DNA of 64,000 nt from Phycisphaerae bacterium (GCA_963666835.2 CAXXGO010000003.1:128001-192000), one strand, 5' to 3'. Shown: positions 49,984-60,490, counted from the first letter of the stretch. Translations and numbers: made by a program. Notes: generated by a model not told the origin, from the letters alone.

Positions 49984-50022
49984 ATTAACGTTGTATTCAG
50001 GAATTGTTAAGATTGCGCTAAG
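49984..50022 (-). promoter_or_regulatory. Pho-box-like array of four direct repeats at 11-bp period
   Basis: Minus strand CTTAGC, CTTAAC, CTGAAT, GTTAAT spaced exactly 11 bp, upstream of the porin-pst operon. Confidence 0.65.
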
Positions 50023-50131
50023 CTTGGAGGTGGCATCGAAACCTGCGATGCGAAACCCCGTACGGTGATGCGGGTTTACCCGTAAGGACCGCGACTCAGT
50101 GACCCGGCAGACCTTGGGGCCTGCCGCGATT

Positions 50132-52054
50132 CTACTGCCCTACGGGCAACGTTACGGTGACGCAAGTGCCCTTGCCCGGCGCGCTGGCGAGACGCACGGT
50201 GCCTTGCATGGCTGCTGCGGCGTGCCGGACGATGGCTAAGCCGAGTCCCGTGCCGCGGCGCTCGGCGGATTCACTGCCGGTGCCGGAACGCGACCTTTCC
50301 ACCTGAAAGAACCGCTCGAAAACCCGCTCCTGGTCTGCCGCGGGGATGCCGCATCCCGTATCAGCCACCTCGATTGCTACGGCCTGACCATCCCGCTTGC
50401 TGGAAACCGCGACCCGGCCGCCCGGTTCAGTGAACTTGATGGCGTTGTCGACGAGGTTGTCGAGGATGAGGCTTAGGAGTTGGTCATTGCCGGTGACCGC
50501 CGCAGCGTCATCCGCAATGTCGCTCTGCCATGACAAGTTCTTGGCGGTCAGCGACTCCGCCCGGCGAGATCGGACCCCGGCGATAACCGAGGAAAGCTGA
50601 ACGCTCCGAAGACTAAATGTGCCCGGAGCCGTTTCGACACGGGATAGATCGAGAAGGTCAGCCACCATCTCCTCCAGGTGGGCGCTGTGCCGGTCGACCA
50701 TTCGCACGAACCGATCAGCCGCTTGGTGCTCCTCGGCTAGGTTCATAGTCAGCAGGGTCTCTACCGAGGCGCGGATTGCCGATAAAGGCGTCCGCAGCTC
50801 GTGCGACGCGTTGGCCACGAAGTCGCTCTTCATCTGAATCGTCTTGGCGAGCTCGGTGATATCGGTCAGAACCAGCAGACGTCCGAAAGATCGGCCTGTT
50901 CGCCGACTAGATGATTCGAATGACGGCAATGCGATGTCCCAGGCGCGGGCAAGAACGGAGATGACATCACCGTTACGCCGTAACTCCAGCCGTGATTCCT
51001 GTGGCGGGCGTTCCGTTTCGGGAACCGTGGAGGGATCTTCATTCCCACGCTTCGCCGGGTCCGTGGACATTGGGCTTCCTGATTCCGGAAGGAGCATCAT
51101 CTGGATCTCATGTTGGGTGATGCATCCCTCCACGGTCGCCCCGGAAGCCAATGGGTTGGTGTTTGAATCGTGTGACGCGACGTTCAGCAGTCTCGCGGCC
51201 GCGGGGTTCAGCAAGACAATGCGGGCGTCAGGTCCGACTACGACCACTCCTTCGTGAAGCTGCGTCAACAGCGCTTCCAGAGTGCGTTTCTGCCGGTCGA
51301 TAGTGTCGAGTTGGGTGCTGAGGTGCTCGCGCATGTCGTTGAGCGACTTTGCCAGGATCGCCACCTCGTCCGAGCCGGTGACCGGAGCGCGGGCGGAAAG
51401 GTCTCCGCGTGAAAGCCGGTGTGCGATTGTGGTGATTCGCCGGATCGGGTTCGACCACAATCGGGCCAAGCCCAGAGCCAAGAGGATCGCCGCCACCAGG
51501 ATGACCAGCGCTACCGTCCACACCAGCCTCTCGACCGAATCGGCCCGCGCCCCGATTGTCCGGACGGCCATTGCCACGCGTACGACACCTTGCGGGTCAT
51601 CCACCGACCCGATTCGCACGGCGACATAGCGCAGTTCTCTTGATACGGTCTGTGACCATCGCGTTTTCTGCCCCCATCCCTCCGCCAGGGCCTGCTGGAT
51701 CTCCTGGCGATCGTCGTGCGATTCCATTATTGCCGGATCCGCTTCCGAGTCTCCCAGGACGAGCCCGTCAACGCTTATCAGGGTGACACGCACACCGTCG
51801 GCTTCCGACCCGCCCAGCTCCTTAGCCAGCCGGTCCAGTTCGGGGGCGTTAGAGGGGGTGAGCTTGTCACGGATGAACGGGATTACGGCGGCAGCTTGAG
51901 CTCGGAGATTCTCGGTCAGCTCCCGGTTGTGAAGCTGCTCGAATTCCCGAAGGAGCAGCCACCCGCAGGCTCCGAGCACCAAGCCGAGAAGGGTTGCGTT
52001 TCCAAGGAAAACCTTCCAGAAGAACCGTCCCGGTTTTGTGGGTGCCTCCGGCAT
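50132..52054 (-). CDS. phoR: PhoR-like sensor kinase (HAMP-PAS-HisKA-HATPase)
   Basis: DFVANASHELRTPL, NLVDNAIKF, RVFERFF, GTGLGLAIV. Confidence 0.9.
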   Translation of the reverse strand: MPEAPTKPGRFFWKVFLGNATLLGLVLGACGWLLLREFEQLHNRELTENLRAQAAAVIPFIRDKLTPSNAPELDRLAKELGGSEADGVRVTLISVDGLVLGDSEADPAIMESHDDRQEIQQALAEGWGQKTRWSQTVSRELRYVAVRIGSVDDPQGVVRVAMAVRTIGARADSVERLVWTVALVILVAAILLALGLARLWSNPIRRITTIAHRLSRGDLSARAPVTGSDEVAILAKSLNDMREHLSTQLDTIDRQKRTLEALLTQLHEGVVVVGPDARIVLLNPAAARLLNVASHDSNTNPLASGATVEGCITQHEIQMMLLPESGSPMSTDPAKRGNEDPSTVPETERPPQESRLELRRNGDVISVLARAWDIALPSFESSSRRTGRSFGRLLVLTDITELAKTIQMKSDFVANASHELRTPLSAIRASVETLLTMNLAEEHQAADRFVRMVDRHSAHLEEMVADLLDLSRVETAPGTFSLRSVQLSSVIAGVRSRRAESLTAKNLSWQSDIADDAAAVTGNDQLLSLILDNLVDNAIKFTEPGGRVAVSSKRDGQAVAIEVADTGCGIPAADQERVFERFFQVERSRSGTGSESAERRGTGLGLAIVRHAAAAMQGTVRLASAPGKGTCVTVTLPVGQ

Positions 52055-52756
52055 CTACTCGTCACTCTCCGGTGTTCGAAACGTGTACCCAACGCCGCGA
52101 ACTGTCCTAATCCAGCCTGCGGCATCCTTGAGCTTACGGCGCAAGGCCGCGATATGAACATCGATGGTCCGGTCGGTTACCGCGACGGTGGGCCCTAATA
52201 CGCTGGTGATCAACTGTTCGCGATCCAGGACGCGTCCGCCGGCCTGCATGAGCGCTTTGAGGATGCGAAATTCCATGGCCGTCAGCGACAGAGGGGCCCC
52301 GTCCACCGAAGCCTCGTGCCGGTTCTCGTCTACGGTGATAGGCCCGATCGAAATGGCACTTCGCCCGTCGGGCTTCGCCTCCCTTCGACGGAGTACGGCG
52401 CCCACGCGTGCCAGCAACAGCTTCATCGAAAACGGCTTCGTTATGTAGTCATCCGCTCCCAGGGCGAACCCGACTAACTCGTCAGCCTCTTCGGCCTTGG
52501 CGGTCAACATGATAATCGGAATGTTCGCCGTGCGTGGATCACGCTTGAGCTGCCTTGCGACCTCGTCGCCGGAGCGCGCGGGTAACATGCGGTCGAGGAT
52601 AATCAGGTTGGGCGGATGCTGGCGGACTTCCGTGATCGCAGCGTCACCATCCAGGGCATGCCGACACGCATATCCCTCCTTGTCCAAGTTGAATCGGATC
52701 AACTCGGCCAGATCCGCTTCGTCCTCGACGACCAGGATCGACTTCTCCGATCTCAT
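52055..52756 (-). CDS. phoB: PhoB-like OmpR-family response regulator
   Basis: Receiver plus wHTH (DRTIDVHIAALRRKL, TVRGVGY); adjacent to phoR and pst. Confidence 0.88.
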   Translation of the reverse strand: MRSEKSILVVEDEADLAELIRFNLDKEGYACRHALDGDAAITEVRQHPPNLIILDRMLPARSGDEVARQLKRDPRTANIPIIMLTAKAEEADELVGFALGADDYITKPFSMKLLLARVGAVLRRREAKPDGRSAISIGPITVDENRHEASVDGAPLSLTAMEFRILKALMQAGGRVLDREQLITSVLGPTVAVTDRTIDVHIAALRRKLKDAAGWIRTVRGVGYTFRTPESDE

Positions 52757-52963
52757 GCGCGGCAGGCTACCTTGGAGGCTTGAGTCCGGCAAGTGCAGGG
52801 GGCAGCATATCGGAACTTGGTTCGGCGGGAGGGCCAGAGAACTCGGCAACAGGGCGAAAACGAACTCGTTATCCGGCAGCGGGACTAACGTTTGCTCTGA
52901 CAACATGTCGAAGAAGCGGTGGGAAAGAGGCTTTCGAGTGACGTGTAATACGGAGATCAACCT

Positions 52964-53467
52964 ATGAAGCGCCTTCTCAGGACTGTGCCGGCAGGGCTGC
53001 TGCTGATGTTGCCCGGTTTAGGCTGTGCTCACGGGAGCCTTTCGGTAGGCTACTATGACGAAGAGCCCGTCCGCCACAGACACGCCCGCACCTACGTTCG
53101 GACGCACGGTTGCCCGGATTGCTATTACGACGGTGATCGCATCGTGGTGATACGAGGGCATCGTCACGGACCGGGGTGCGGCCACCGCTGGGATGGCCGC
53201 CACTGGGTAGTCGACCGACCCAACAGAGTCCATCCGAAAGTCGTCCCCGCACCCGTCATTCGAAAGGCGAGTCCGGCTCCGCAGGAGCCGCGCGTTCACA
53301 AGGCAAGGCGATCGGACTCCGAACCGCGCGCGCACCGCTCATCCGGTTCCAAAGACGCTCCTCGCGTTCAGAAATCGAAAGCGGCATCCAGCGGGCAAAA
53401 GAAGAGAAAAACAAAGAGCGATGCCGATCCCGACCGCACCCGAAAGTCGAAAAGCAAGAACAGGTAG
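52964..53467 (+). CDS. Hypothetical lipoprotein with His/Cys motif and basic disordered tail
   Basis: LGC lipobox; HGCPDC and HRHGPGCGH; K/R/S-rich C-terminus. Confidence 0.65.
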   Translation: MKRLLRTVPAGLLLMLPGLGCAHGSLSVGYYDEEPVRHRHARTYVRTHGCPDCYYDGDRIVVIRGHRHGPGCGHRWDGRHWVVDRPNRVHPKVVPAPVIRKASPAPQEPRVHKARRSDSEPRAHRSSGSKDAPRVQKSKAASSGQKKRKTKSDADPDRTRKSKSKNR

Positions 53468-53772
53468 ACGCGCTTCGAAATCGGCCATTGACCCGTTACG
53501 CTCCTGATGCGGAGGTTGCGGAAGCTCAGGGGGTTCCCGGCTGGCAGGACTTCTCGGTTTCAGCGCCTATCCGCGTTTCTGTGCTGACGTGCGGGCACCG
53601 GCGCAGTTGGGTGAAAGTCATCATTCCTGATCGTTCGGTCATGATCCGCCTCGACGTTTCCGATTGACTCATCGGGTTGGGAAGACCTGTTGGCGGCTGA
53701 TATCGCGAGAAGTACAATCGAGCGGTTCATCATTCTCCGTTTTGATTGGCTGCCACATTGAAGGGAACAGAG

Positions 53773-54717
53773 ATGAAGCGGGCGAAAATAACTGTTATCG
53801 GAGCAGGGAACGTCGGAGCGAGCTGCGCTGTCTGGGCGGCTGAGAAGGAACTCGGGGATGTTGTTCTGCTCGACATTCCGGACTTCGCGGACAAGACTGC
53901 GGGAAAGGCCCTCGATCTTGCGCAGTGCGGGCCGGTGGACCGTTTCGATTGTCGTGTTGTCGGAACCTCCGATTACGGTCCGGCGGCCGGCAGCGATGTG
54001 GTGATTCTCACGGCGGGCATTCCGCGCAAGCCCGGCATGAGCAGGGACGACCTGGTTCAGACCAACGTCAAGATTGTCGGAACCTGTGCGGAGAAGATCG
54101 GCGAGGTGGCTCCGAATGCGGTTCTCATCGTAGTGTCCAACCCGCTTGATGCGATGGTGTACACTGCCTGGAGGAAGAGCGGATTTCCCACCGAACGGGT
54201 CGTTGGTCAGGCTGGCTGCCTGGACATCGCGCGTTATAGGACGTTCATTGCCTCGGAGTTGGATTGCAGTGTCGAGGATATCACCGCTTTGCTGATGGGC
54301 GGGCATGGTGACGATATGGTCCCGCTTCCCCGGTACACATCGGTGGCAGGCATTCCGGTTACGCAACTGATCCCGAAAGCGCGGCTCGATGAAATTATCC
54401 AGCGCGCCCGCATGGGCGGGGGGGAGATTGTCAAGCTGATGGGGACCAGCGCCTACTACGCTCCGGCCGCAGGTTCGGTGCAGATGGCCGAGGCGATCAT
54501 CAAGGACAAAAGACGCATTCTGCCCTGTGCGGCCTTCTGCAAGGAGGAATACGGGGTAGGGGGGTATTTCGTCGGCGTACCTTGCATGCTGGGGGCGAAC
54601 GGGGTCGAGAAAGTGATCGAGGTCGAGCTTGACGCCGGTGAGCGGGACCTGTTCCAGTCAAGCGTTGCCCACGTGAAAGATCTGGTGGACTTGGCGGACC
54701 GCTTTTTGACAAGCTGA
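53773..54717 (+). CDS. mdh: Malate dehydrogenase (LDH-like)
   Basis: GAGNVG, AGIPRKPGMSRDDL, GGHGD, SAYYAP. Confidence 0.96.
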   Translation: MKRAKITVIGAGNVGASCAVWAAEKELGDVVLLDIPDFADKTAGKALDLAQCGPVDRFDCRVVGTSDYGPAAGSDVVILTAGIPRKPGMSRDDLVQTNVKIVGTCAEKIGEVAPNAVLIVVSNPLDAMVYTAWRKSGFPTERVVGQAGCLDIARYRTFIASELDCSVEDITALLMGGHGDDMVPLPRYTSVAGIPVTQLIPKARLDEIIQRARMGGGEIVKLMGTSAYYAPAAGSVQMAEAIIKDKRRILPCAAFCKEEYGVGGYFVGVPCMLGANGVEKVIEVELDAGERDLFQSSVAHVKDLVDLADRFLTS

Positions 54718-54945
54718 GTTGGCACCGGACGGTTCGCCACGATGTCGGCACGGACGCTACCTGTCGGTCTTGTGCCTATAATCAATAGGAATCCGGCGGA
54801 CCGCGTCACCATGGACCGCCTCTGTTGCCGCCGCGCAGCATGCGTTGTTCTCGGAGGACCACCTGTATCAGAGGTGGAGACTTCCTCGGCGCGCAGCTTG
54901 GGTCCGGGCGCGTTCTTGGTCGATATTCCCAGGGAGGTGAGTATC

Positions 54946-55374
54946 GTGTCGGATGTCGAGCTGTCATCAGAGCGCCCGAGGTTTCTGTCTCTGCCGGCAA
55001 TGCGCTATCAGAACGCGTACGTCTGGTTGGTTCTGGTCTCGGCCTTGGATATTTTGTTGACGGCCATGGTTCTGCACACCTGGTCGGGGAACGAGGTCAA
55101 TCCGGTCGTTGAAGCGATCATCCACAAGAAGGGATTCGCCTGGATCGTACCCTTCAAGCTTGCGATGTGTATTCTCGTGATCATTATCTGCGAGGTCGTC
55201 GGTCGACATCGCAACCAGTTGGGGCATCGGCTGGCTGTTACGGCTGTTATTATAAGTGCCTTTCCCGTGGCATTCACCTTCTTGCTGCTTCGTGCCGCAG
55301 GGCCGGCGCCGGTTGTTGAAGACATCTCAGCGCAGATCAGCATGATCTGCAGGCTCCCGATATTCGTAGCCTGA
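54946..55374 (+). CDS. DUF5658-like small membrane protein
   Basis: SALDILLT...EVNPV...FKL pattern; GGAGG RBS. Confidence 0.65.
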   Translation: MSDVELSSERPRFLSLPAMRYQNAYVWLVLVSALDILLTAMVLHTWSGNEVNPVVEAIIHKKGFAWIVPFKLAMCILVIIICEVVGRHRNQLGHRLAVTAVIISAFPVAFTFLLLRAAGPAPVVEDISAQISMICRLPIFVA

Positions 55375-55592
55375 AGCAGCCGTTGAACCTCCCAGGAACA
55401 CCGGGTGTCCTTATTCTCGTTGCCGGTTCCCGTACGCCGGTCGCCAAGGCTCGTTTCGGCAGATGATCAGTAATCCCCGGAGTCGGTGCTTCTCGAATAC
55501 CGGGCTTGATCGGGTCAGTTTCCGCCGGAAGATCGTGATTGGTTTGACGGTCGTTTGCAGGAGAGCTGCGATCCTGGTAGAAGACCGAAGTT

Positions 55593-56369
55593 ATGATTCG
55601 ATTGGCCATAGCCGGAGCGACGGGACGTACGGGGCGAGCCGCTTTGGATCTCGCGCTGCGCGATGCCGGTTTTGAAGTTGCCGCGGCTTTGACGCTCGGT
55701 GATGATCCGGCCTGTGGGTCGTCTCTGCAGGCGGCAGGTCGCACTGTGCGGCCGGTGAGCGAGCTGGAAACCGAATGTGATGTTCTGGTGGATTTCACGG
55801 TGGCGGCGGGTACCGTATCCTGGCTTTCGGTCTGCGAGCGGCGGGGGATTCCAATGGTGATCGGGGCTACCGGGCACGACGACGATCAGCTTTTGCAGAT
55901 CGAGCGCGCCGCGGCGGTCATCCCGATAGTGAAGGCGAGCAACTTCAGTATCGGCATCAATGTAATCCTGAGCTTGGTGAAGCGTTTGGCCGAAGGCCTG
56001 GGTGGCAAGTACGACATCGAGATTGTTGAGGCCCACCATCGTCACAAGGTCGATGCGCCCAGCGGGACCGCCCTGGCGCTTCTGAAGGAGCTTCGGACCA
56101 CGGTCGGCGCCTGCGCCGGTGGCGAGACCATTTACGGCCGCGAAGGTCATACCGGGGAGCGTCCTTATGGCCAGATCGGCGTTCATGCTCTGCGGATGGG
56201 GGAACTGGTCGGTCGCCACGAGATCCATTTCTCCGGTCCCGGGGAGACGGTTACCCTGCAGCACACCGCCCACTCCCGCGAGACGTTTGCGGCTGGTGCT
56301 CTGCGTGCGGCGGAGTGGATCGTAAGTCGCCGGCCGGGGTTGTATTCAATGCAGGATGTCATGGCGTAG
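55593..56369 (+). CDS. dapB: 4-hydroxy-tetrahydrodipicolinate reductase
   Basis: GATGRTG, EAHHRHKVDAPSGTA, HTAHSR. Confidence 0.95.
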   Translation: MIRLAIAGATGRTGRAALDLALRDAGFEVAAALTLGDDPACGSSLQAAGRTVRPVSELETECDVLVDFTVAAGTVSWLSVCERRGIPMVIGATGHDDDQLLQIERAAAVIPIVKASNFSIGINVILSLVKRLAEGLGGKYDIEIVEAHHRHKVDAPSGTALALLKELRTTVGACAGGETIYGREGHTGERPYGQIGVHALRMGELVGRHEIHFSGPGETVTLQHTAHSRETFAAGALRAAEWIVSRRPGLYSMQDVMA

Positions 56370-56384
56370 ATTGTAGCCTTCCGT

Positions 56385-57143
56385 ATGCCCGAGCGTGTTA
56401 CAATGCCCCCGGTGAGTGACGTCCGTGAGACCTTCGGGAGCATGTCGGTAGTCATTCCTGCGTACAACGCCCAGGATGTCGTCTGCCGCACGTTGGATTC
56501 CGTGCAGGACTACCTGGACGGCGTCGGATTGGAGCATGAGATCATCGTCGTAGACGACGGGAGCAGTGACGGCACTGCGGAGTGCGTTGCACGGCGAGGG
56601 CGGGGGGTGAGGCTTCTAGTCAACGATGTCAACCGCGGTAAGGGGTATACCGTTCGTCGCGGACTGCGTGAATCTCGTCTGGCGTGGGCGATGTTCATGG
56701 ACGTCGATAACGCGACGTCGATTGATCATCTCGAGCGCTTCGCGGAACACGCGGCAGGGGCTGAAGTGCTGATCGCATCACGAAGGGTGGCCGGGGCTTG
56801 GGTCCGCCCGCAACCCCGGACTCGCCAGTTCCTGGGCCGCGCGTTTCCGTACCTGGTGAGAGCGTTGGCCCTCCGCGGTATCTTCGATAGCCAATGTGGG
56901 TTTAAGGTCTTTCGACGCGAGGTCTTAGAGGATCTCCTGGTACGCCAACGGAGCACCGGCTTCTGTTTCGATGTGGAGATCTTGTTGACGGCCGTTCGTC
57001 TGGGGTATCGGGTAGCGGAAATCCCGGTTGTCTGGAAGAACCCGCCCGGCCGGTCGACTCTGCGCATCGGCAGCGACCCGCTCAAGATGTTTGTAGACCT
57101 CCTGCGGATCACTTGGCGCCACCGCGTTTCGCGTTATCGCTGA
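56385..57143 (+). CDS. GT2 glycosyltransferase (Dol-P-Glc synthase-like)
   Basis: IPAYN, VDDGS, NRGKG, MDVD, DSQCGFK. Confidence 0.9.
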   Translation: MPERVTMPPVSDVRETFGSMSVVIPAYNAQDVVCRTLDSVQDYLDGVGLEHEIIVVDDGSSDGTAECVARRGRGVRLLVNDVNRGKGYTVRRGLRESRLAWAMFMDVDNATSIDHLERFAEHAAGAEVLIASRRVAGAWVRPQPRTRQFLGRAFPYLVRALALRGIFDSQCGFKVFRREVLEDLLVRQRSTGFCFDVEILLTAVRLGYRVAEIPVVWKNPPGRSTLRIGSDPLKMFVDLLRITWRHRVSRYR

Positions 57144-57190
57144 GCGAACTGTCGAGCTGATACCGGTGTGCGGCAGTGCCGAGGGCCGGG

Positions 57191-57895
57191 TCAATGCTTG
57201 TTCCTGGGCGGCGGCCTGAGAGTGTACCCGACGCCGCGCACGGTCTGCACCAGGGCGGAGGCCTTACCGAGCTTCTTGCGCAAGGCGGCGACGTGGACGT
57301 CGATCGTTCGGTCGGTTACGACGACACTGGTTCCCAGCACGCCGTCGATCAACTGCTCTCTGCTCAGGACCCGTCCGCGCGCTGCCATCAACTCCCAGAG
57401 GATTCCGAATTCGGTCGATGTTAGTGACACGGCTTTGTCGTCCACTTTGAGTTCGCGGCGACTTCGGTCCAGACTGACGGATTCGGCGGTGAGCACGTCG
57501 CACCCGGCGGCGGACCCACCTACGCGGCGCATCAGAGCGCCGACCCGGGCGAGCAGCAGACTTGTGGAGAATGGTTTGCTGACGTAGTCGTCGGCGCCGA
57601 GGGCGAATCCAACCAGCTCATCAGCCTCCTCAGCTTTGGCCGTGAGCATAAGAACTCTAAGATCGGCCGTGTTCGGGTCGCGCCGGAGCTTCGCGAGAAT
57701 CTCGTCTCCCGCCATCCCCGGGAGCATTCGGTCCAGAATAAGCAGATCCGGCCGCGCGCGACGAACTTCGAGCAACCCGTTCGTTCCATCCGTGACACAT
57801 CGACAGGTGTACCCCTCGCGTTCCAGGTTGAAACGAACGACCTCGGCGAGGTCGGGCTCGTCCTCGACAATCAGAATGGTCCTGCTTGTGCTCAT
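57191..57895 (-). CDS. Second PhoB-like response regulator (no adjacent kinase)
   Basis: Shares MLTAKAEEADELVGFALGADDY and VTDRTIDVH with 52055..52756. Confidence 0.88.
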   Translation of the reverse strand: MSTSRTILIVEDEPDLAEVVRFNLEREGYTCRCVTDGTNGLLEVRRARPDLLILDRMLPGMAGDEILAKLRRDPNTADLRVLMLTAKAEEADELVGFALGADDYVSKPFSTSLLLARVGALMRRVGGSAAGCDVLTAESVSLDRSRRELKVDDKAVSLTSTEFGILWELMAARGRVLSREQLIDGVLGTSVVVTDRTIDVHVAALRKKLGKASALVQTVRGVGYTLRPPPRNKH

Positions 57896-57955
57896 CACTT
57901 CTCCGCATCCAACGCAAGCCGGCAGAGTGCAGACTCCTGCGCGGGAACCAGCCTG

Positions 57956-59329
57956 CTACTCAGCCAGACTCCTCACCGCCTTGTACTTCTCTCGGAATAC
58001 TCCGGCCCAGGTCCGAAGTAACTGCCGCGCCTCCCGGCCTCCGCCTTCCAGAGTCTTGGCAAGCATCAGGCTTTCGCTTTCAGTAAACGGTACTTTCTGC
58101 CATTCTTCGAGGGCCGCGGGCTTCATTCCGCCGTCGATGATAGCCTTCCAAGCGGCTTTGAGATCGCGATGTTGGTCGACCAACGCTGCTCCCATCAGCT
58201 CAGAGAGAACCAACAGGCGTGCTTTTTGCATTTCGGCGTCCAATTGGAAGAAGGCTCCCGACTCCGCCTGCTCATACGGACTCGTTCCGAGGATCTTGCT
58301 GGCGTGCGTAGTGTAAACGTCCGGACGGATCGGCAGGCGGTGCAGGGCATGCTCCCGCGGCCCGCCGATCTCTCCGGGCGGCAGTACCCAGAGAAGCTGT
58401 CCCTCCCGGCTCAGGACAAAGTTGATGAACTGCTCCGCCAAGCGTCGATGAGGCGGTTTTCGCAGCATCGATATGGGGTCCGGGGTAATCGCCGTGCCGC
58501 CGGTGGGGCATACGTACTGCAGGACGTCTTTGCCGGCCTGGGCAACGCGGGCAAACGCGTAGAAGTCTATGCACGGGCCGGCAAGGGCGTTGCCGGAAGC
58601 GATCTCGTTCGGTACGGCACTGCTACTGTCGGCGATTACTCGAGAGTTGGCGGCCAACTGCATGAGGATCGGCCAGCCCTTCTCCCATCCATGCTGCTGC
58701 AAGACGGCCTCGTAGCACACTTGGACGCTGGCGGACCTGCGTGGATCGGCGATAACCACCCAACTGAACATGCGTGGCTCCGCCAGATCCTCCCATGATT
58801 GGATTGACGGGAGTTTCTGGTTGTCGAGCCCGCGGCGGTTTGTTAGGATTCCGAAGGATGATATAGCGGCGCTGAACCAGAGCCGCCTTTCATCGTGGTT
58901 CGGCACGCCGGCTACTTGACCGGGGATCGCGGCGAGGAGCTCGCTTGATATCTCCGGAGATTGCAGGAATCCACGTCCGGCCGCCAGATCATGATCCGGC
59001 ACGCCACCGCCGAAGAACACGTCAATATCGAATGACTCCCCGGGAGTTGCCCGGTTCTTCGCCTCGAGAAGCTGAGCAAGTTGGCTCGTCCCCTGCTTGA
59101 TCCACCGAATCTTGACGGGACGCCCGACGTGATCGGCAAACCCCCATTCGAACTCCTGCTGAATGTGCATGTTATGCGGTGTTATAATTACCAGATCGTG
59201 ATCGTCCGCACGCGCTGGAAGGTGTATGATTGTCAGACAGGCCAGCAACACGGTCATGAGGGTCTTCGACGTCGACCACATCAGTTGTTCTCCCGGTATT
59301 CGTGTACGGTGCATATTCAAGTTACTCAT
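57956..59329 (-). CDS. ABC transporter substrate-binding protein (AfuA/FbpA/PgtC-like)
   Basis: DVFFGGG, ADPRRS, FINFVLSREGQ; ATG overlaps the native ATPase stop (ATGAGTAA). Confidence 0.85.
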   Translation of the reverse strand: MSNLNMHRTRIPGEQLMWSTSKTLMTVLLACLTIIHLPARADDHDLVIITPHNMHIQQEFEWGFADHVGRPVKIRWIKQGTSQLAQLLEAKNRATPGESFDIDVFFGGGVPDHDLAAGRGFLQSPEISSELLAAIPGQVAGVPNHDERRLWFSAAISSFGILTNRRGLDNQKLPSIQSWEDLAEPRMFSWVVIADPRRSASVQVCYEAVLQQHGWEKGWPILMQLAANSRVIADSSSAVPNEIASGNALAGPCIDFYAFARVAQAGKDVLQYVCPTGGTAITPDPISMLRKPPHRRLAEQFINFVLSREGQLLWVLPPGEIGGPREHALHRLPIRPDVYTTHASKILGTSPYEQAESGAFFQLDAEMQKARLLVLSELMGAALVDQHRDLKAAWKAIIDGGMKPAALEEWQKVPFTESESLMLAKTLEGGGREARQLLRTWAGVFREKYKAVRSLAE

Positions 59330-59448
59330 CTATAACGATGATATCCCGTGGGTTTATCCTGCATTCAACTACGCTTCCCGGATTCGGCACCCTGCTTCCC
59401 GCTCGTTCCAGGACTGCGCTCCTCAATGTGCCATTGTGAATCGCGAGA
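59322..59448 (-). pseudogene. Orphaned 3' end (39 codons) of the IS-interrupted ABC ATPase
   Basis: Removing the IS and one TSD restores the frame: ...LILA-IHNGTLRSAVLERAGSRVPNPGSVVECRINPRDIIVIDE*. Confidence 0.85.
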
Positions 59449-60490
59449 CCTGATTCTCTACTTGACTCCGGCGGCTAAGTACGGTATTTGTTAGGGCTTA
59501 CGATTTCATGGTTCATGGAGGAGGTCGGCCATGTCTGACGAGATTCGCCCGAAGCATCCCGTGCCCAAGATCTTGGATGTAGCGTCGTTTATGCGTCGCT
59601 TCGGAGATGATGCGGCCTGTGCCGCGTATCTGCGAAAGGCTCGCTGGGGACCGAACCTGGAACGGTTCGTCTGCCCGGACTGTGGGCATAACCGCGGATG
59701 GTGGCTCCCGACCCGAGGGCTCGTCGAGTGCCGGGAGTGTCACCATCAGACCTCACCGACGGCCGGCACGGTGTTTCACGGTGCCCGCGTGCCGCTCTGG
59801 AAGTGGTTCTGGGCTATGTATCAAGAGGCTCACTCGAAGAAAGGCCTCGCGGCCACGGCGTTGGCCAAGCAGATCCAGGTCTGCTACCAGACTGCCTGGA
59901 TGATGCTGCAGAAGCTCCGCGAGGCCATGCGTCAACGATGCCAACGTTATGTCCTGCAGGGACTTGTGGAGGTCGACGAGACATACGTTGGCGGCCGGGA
60001 ACCGGGTCGGCCGGGGCGTGGAGTGGAGAAGAAGGTCCCAGTGGGAGTGGCCGTCGAGCTTGACGAGAACGACCGGCCTAAGCGAATCGCCATTCAGGGA
60101 CTGAAAAGCGTCGACGCTCGAAGCCTGAGGGGTTTCACGACGAGACACGTAGCGAAGGGCTCATGTCTCCGGACGGACGGATGGGGAAGTTACGTTTCAG
60201 TGGCCAAGGCCGGGTACGAGCACGAGGCAATCGTGACGGGCGGTGGGAAGAATGCGGTTCAAATTTTCCCCTGGGTTCACACCTTCATCGGCAACCTGAA
60301 GCGGATGATTGTGGGCACATATCACAGCGTTTCGCCCAAACACCTCGACCGTTACCTGGCCGCGTTCACCTATCGGGCCAACCGTCGCTGGATGGAAGCA
60401 AAACTCTTCGATCGCCTTGTTATCGCGGCCGTAGCTGCCAAACCACTGACATTAAAGGAGTTAACCACCGGAGCGAGGTAGAGAATCAGG
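59449..60490 (+). mobile_element. IS1595-family insertion sequence, 1042 bp, 8-bp TSD TCGCGAGA
   Basis: Imperfect terminal IRs CCTGATTCTCTACTTGACTCCGG / CCGGAGCGAGGTAGAGAATCAGG; TSD at 59441-59448 and 60491-60498. Confidence 0.93.
59531..60481 (+). CDS. IS1595-family transposase
   Basis: Zn ribbon CPDC...CREC; VEVDETYVGG; LRTDG; YHSVSPKHL. Confidence 0.95.
   Translation: MSDEIRPKHPVPKILDVASFMRRFGDDAACAAYLRKARWGPNLERFVCPDCGHNRGWWLPTRGLVECRECHHQTSPTAGTVFHGARVPLWKWFWAMYQEAHSKKGLAATALAKQIQVCYQTAWMMLQKLREAMRQRCQRYVLQGLVEVDETYVGGREPGRPGRGVEKKVPVGVAVELDENDRPKRIAIQGLKSVDARSLRGFTTRHVAKGSCLRTDGWGSYVSVAKAGYEHEAIVTGGGKNAVQIFPWVHTFIGNLKRMIVGTYHSVSPKHLDRYLAAFTYRANRRWMEAKLFDRLVIAAVAAKPLTLKELTTGAR

Noticed and set aside
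50031..50046. Second sigma54-like motif TGGCATCGAAACCTGC
   Set aside because: Spacing is GG-N11-GC, and it points antisense into phoR
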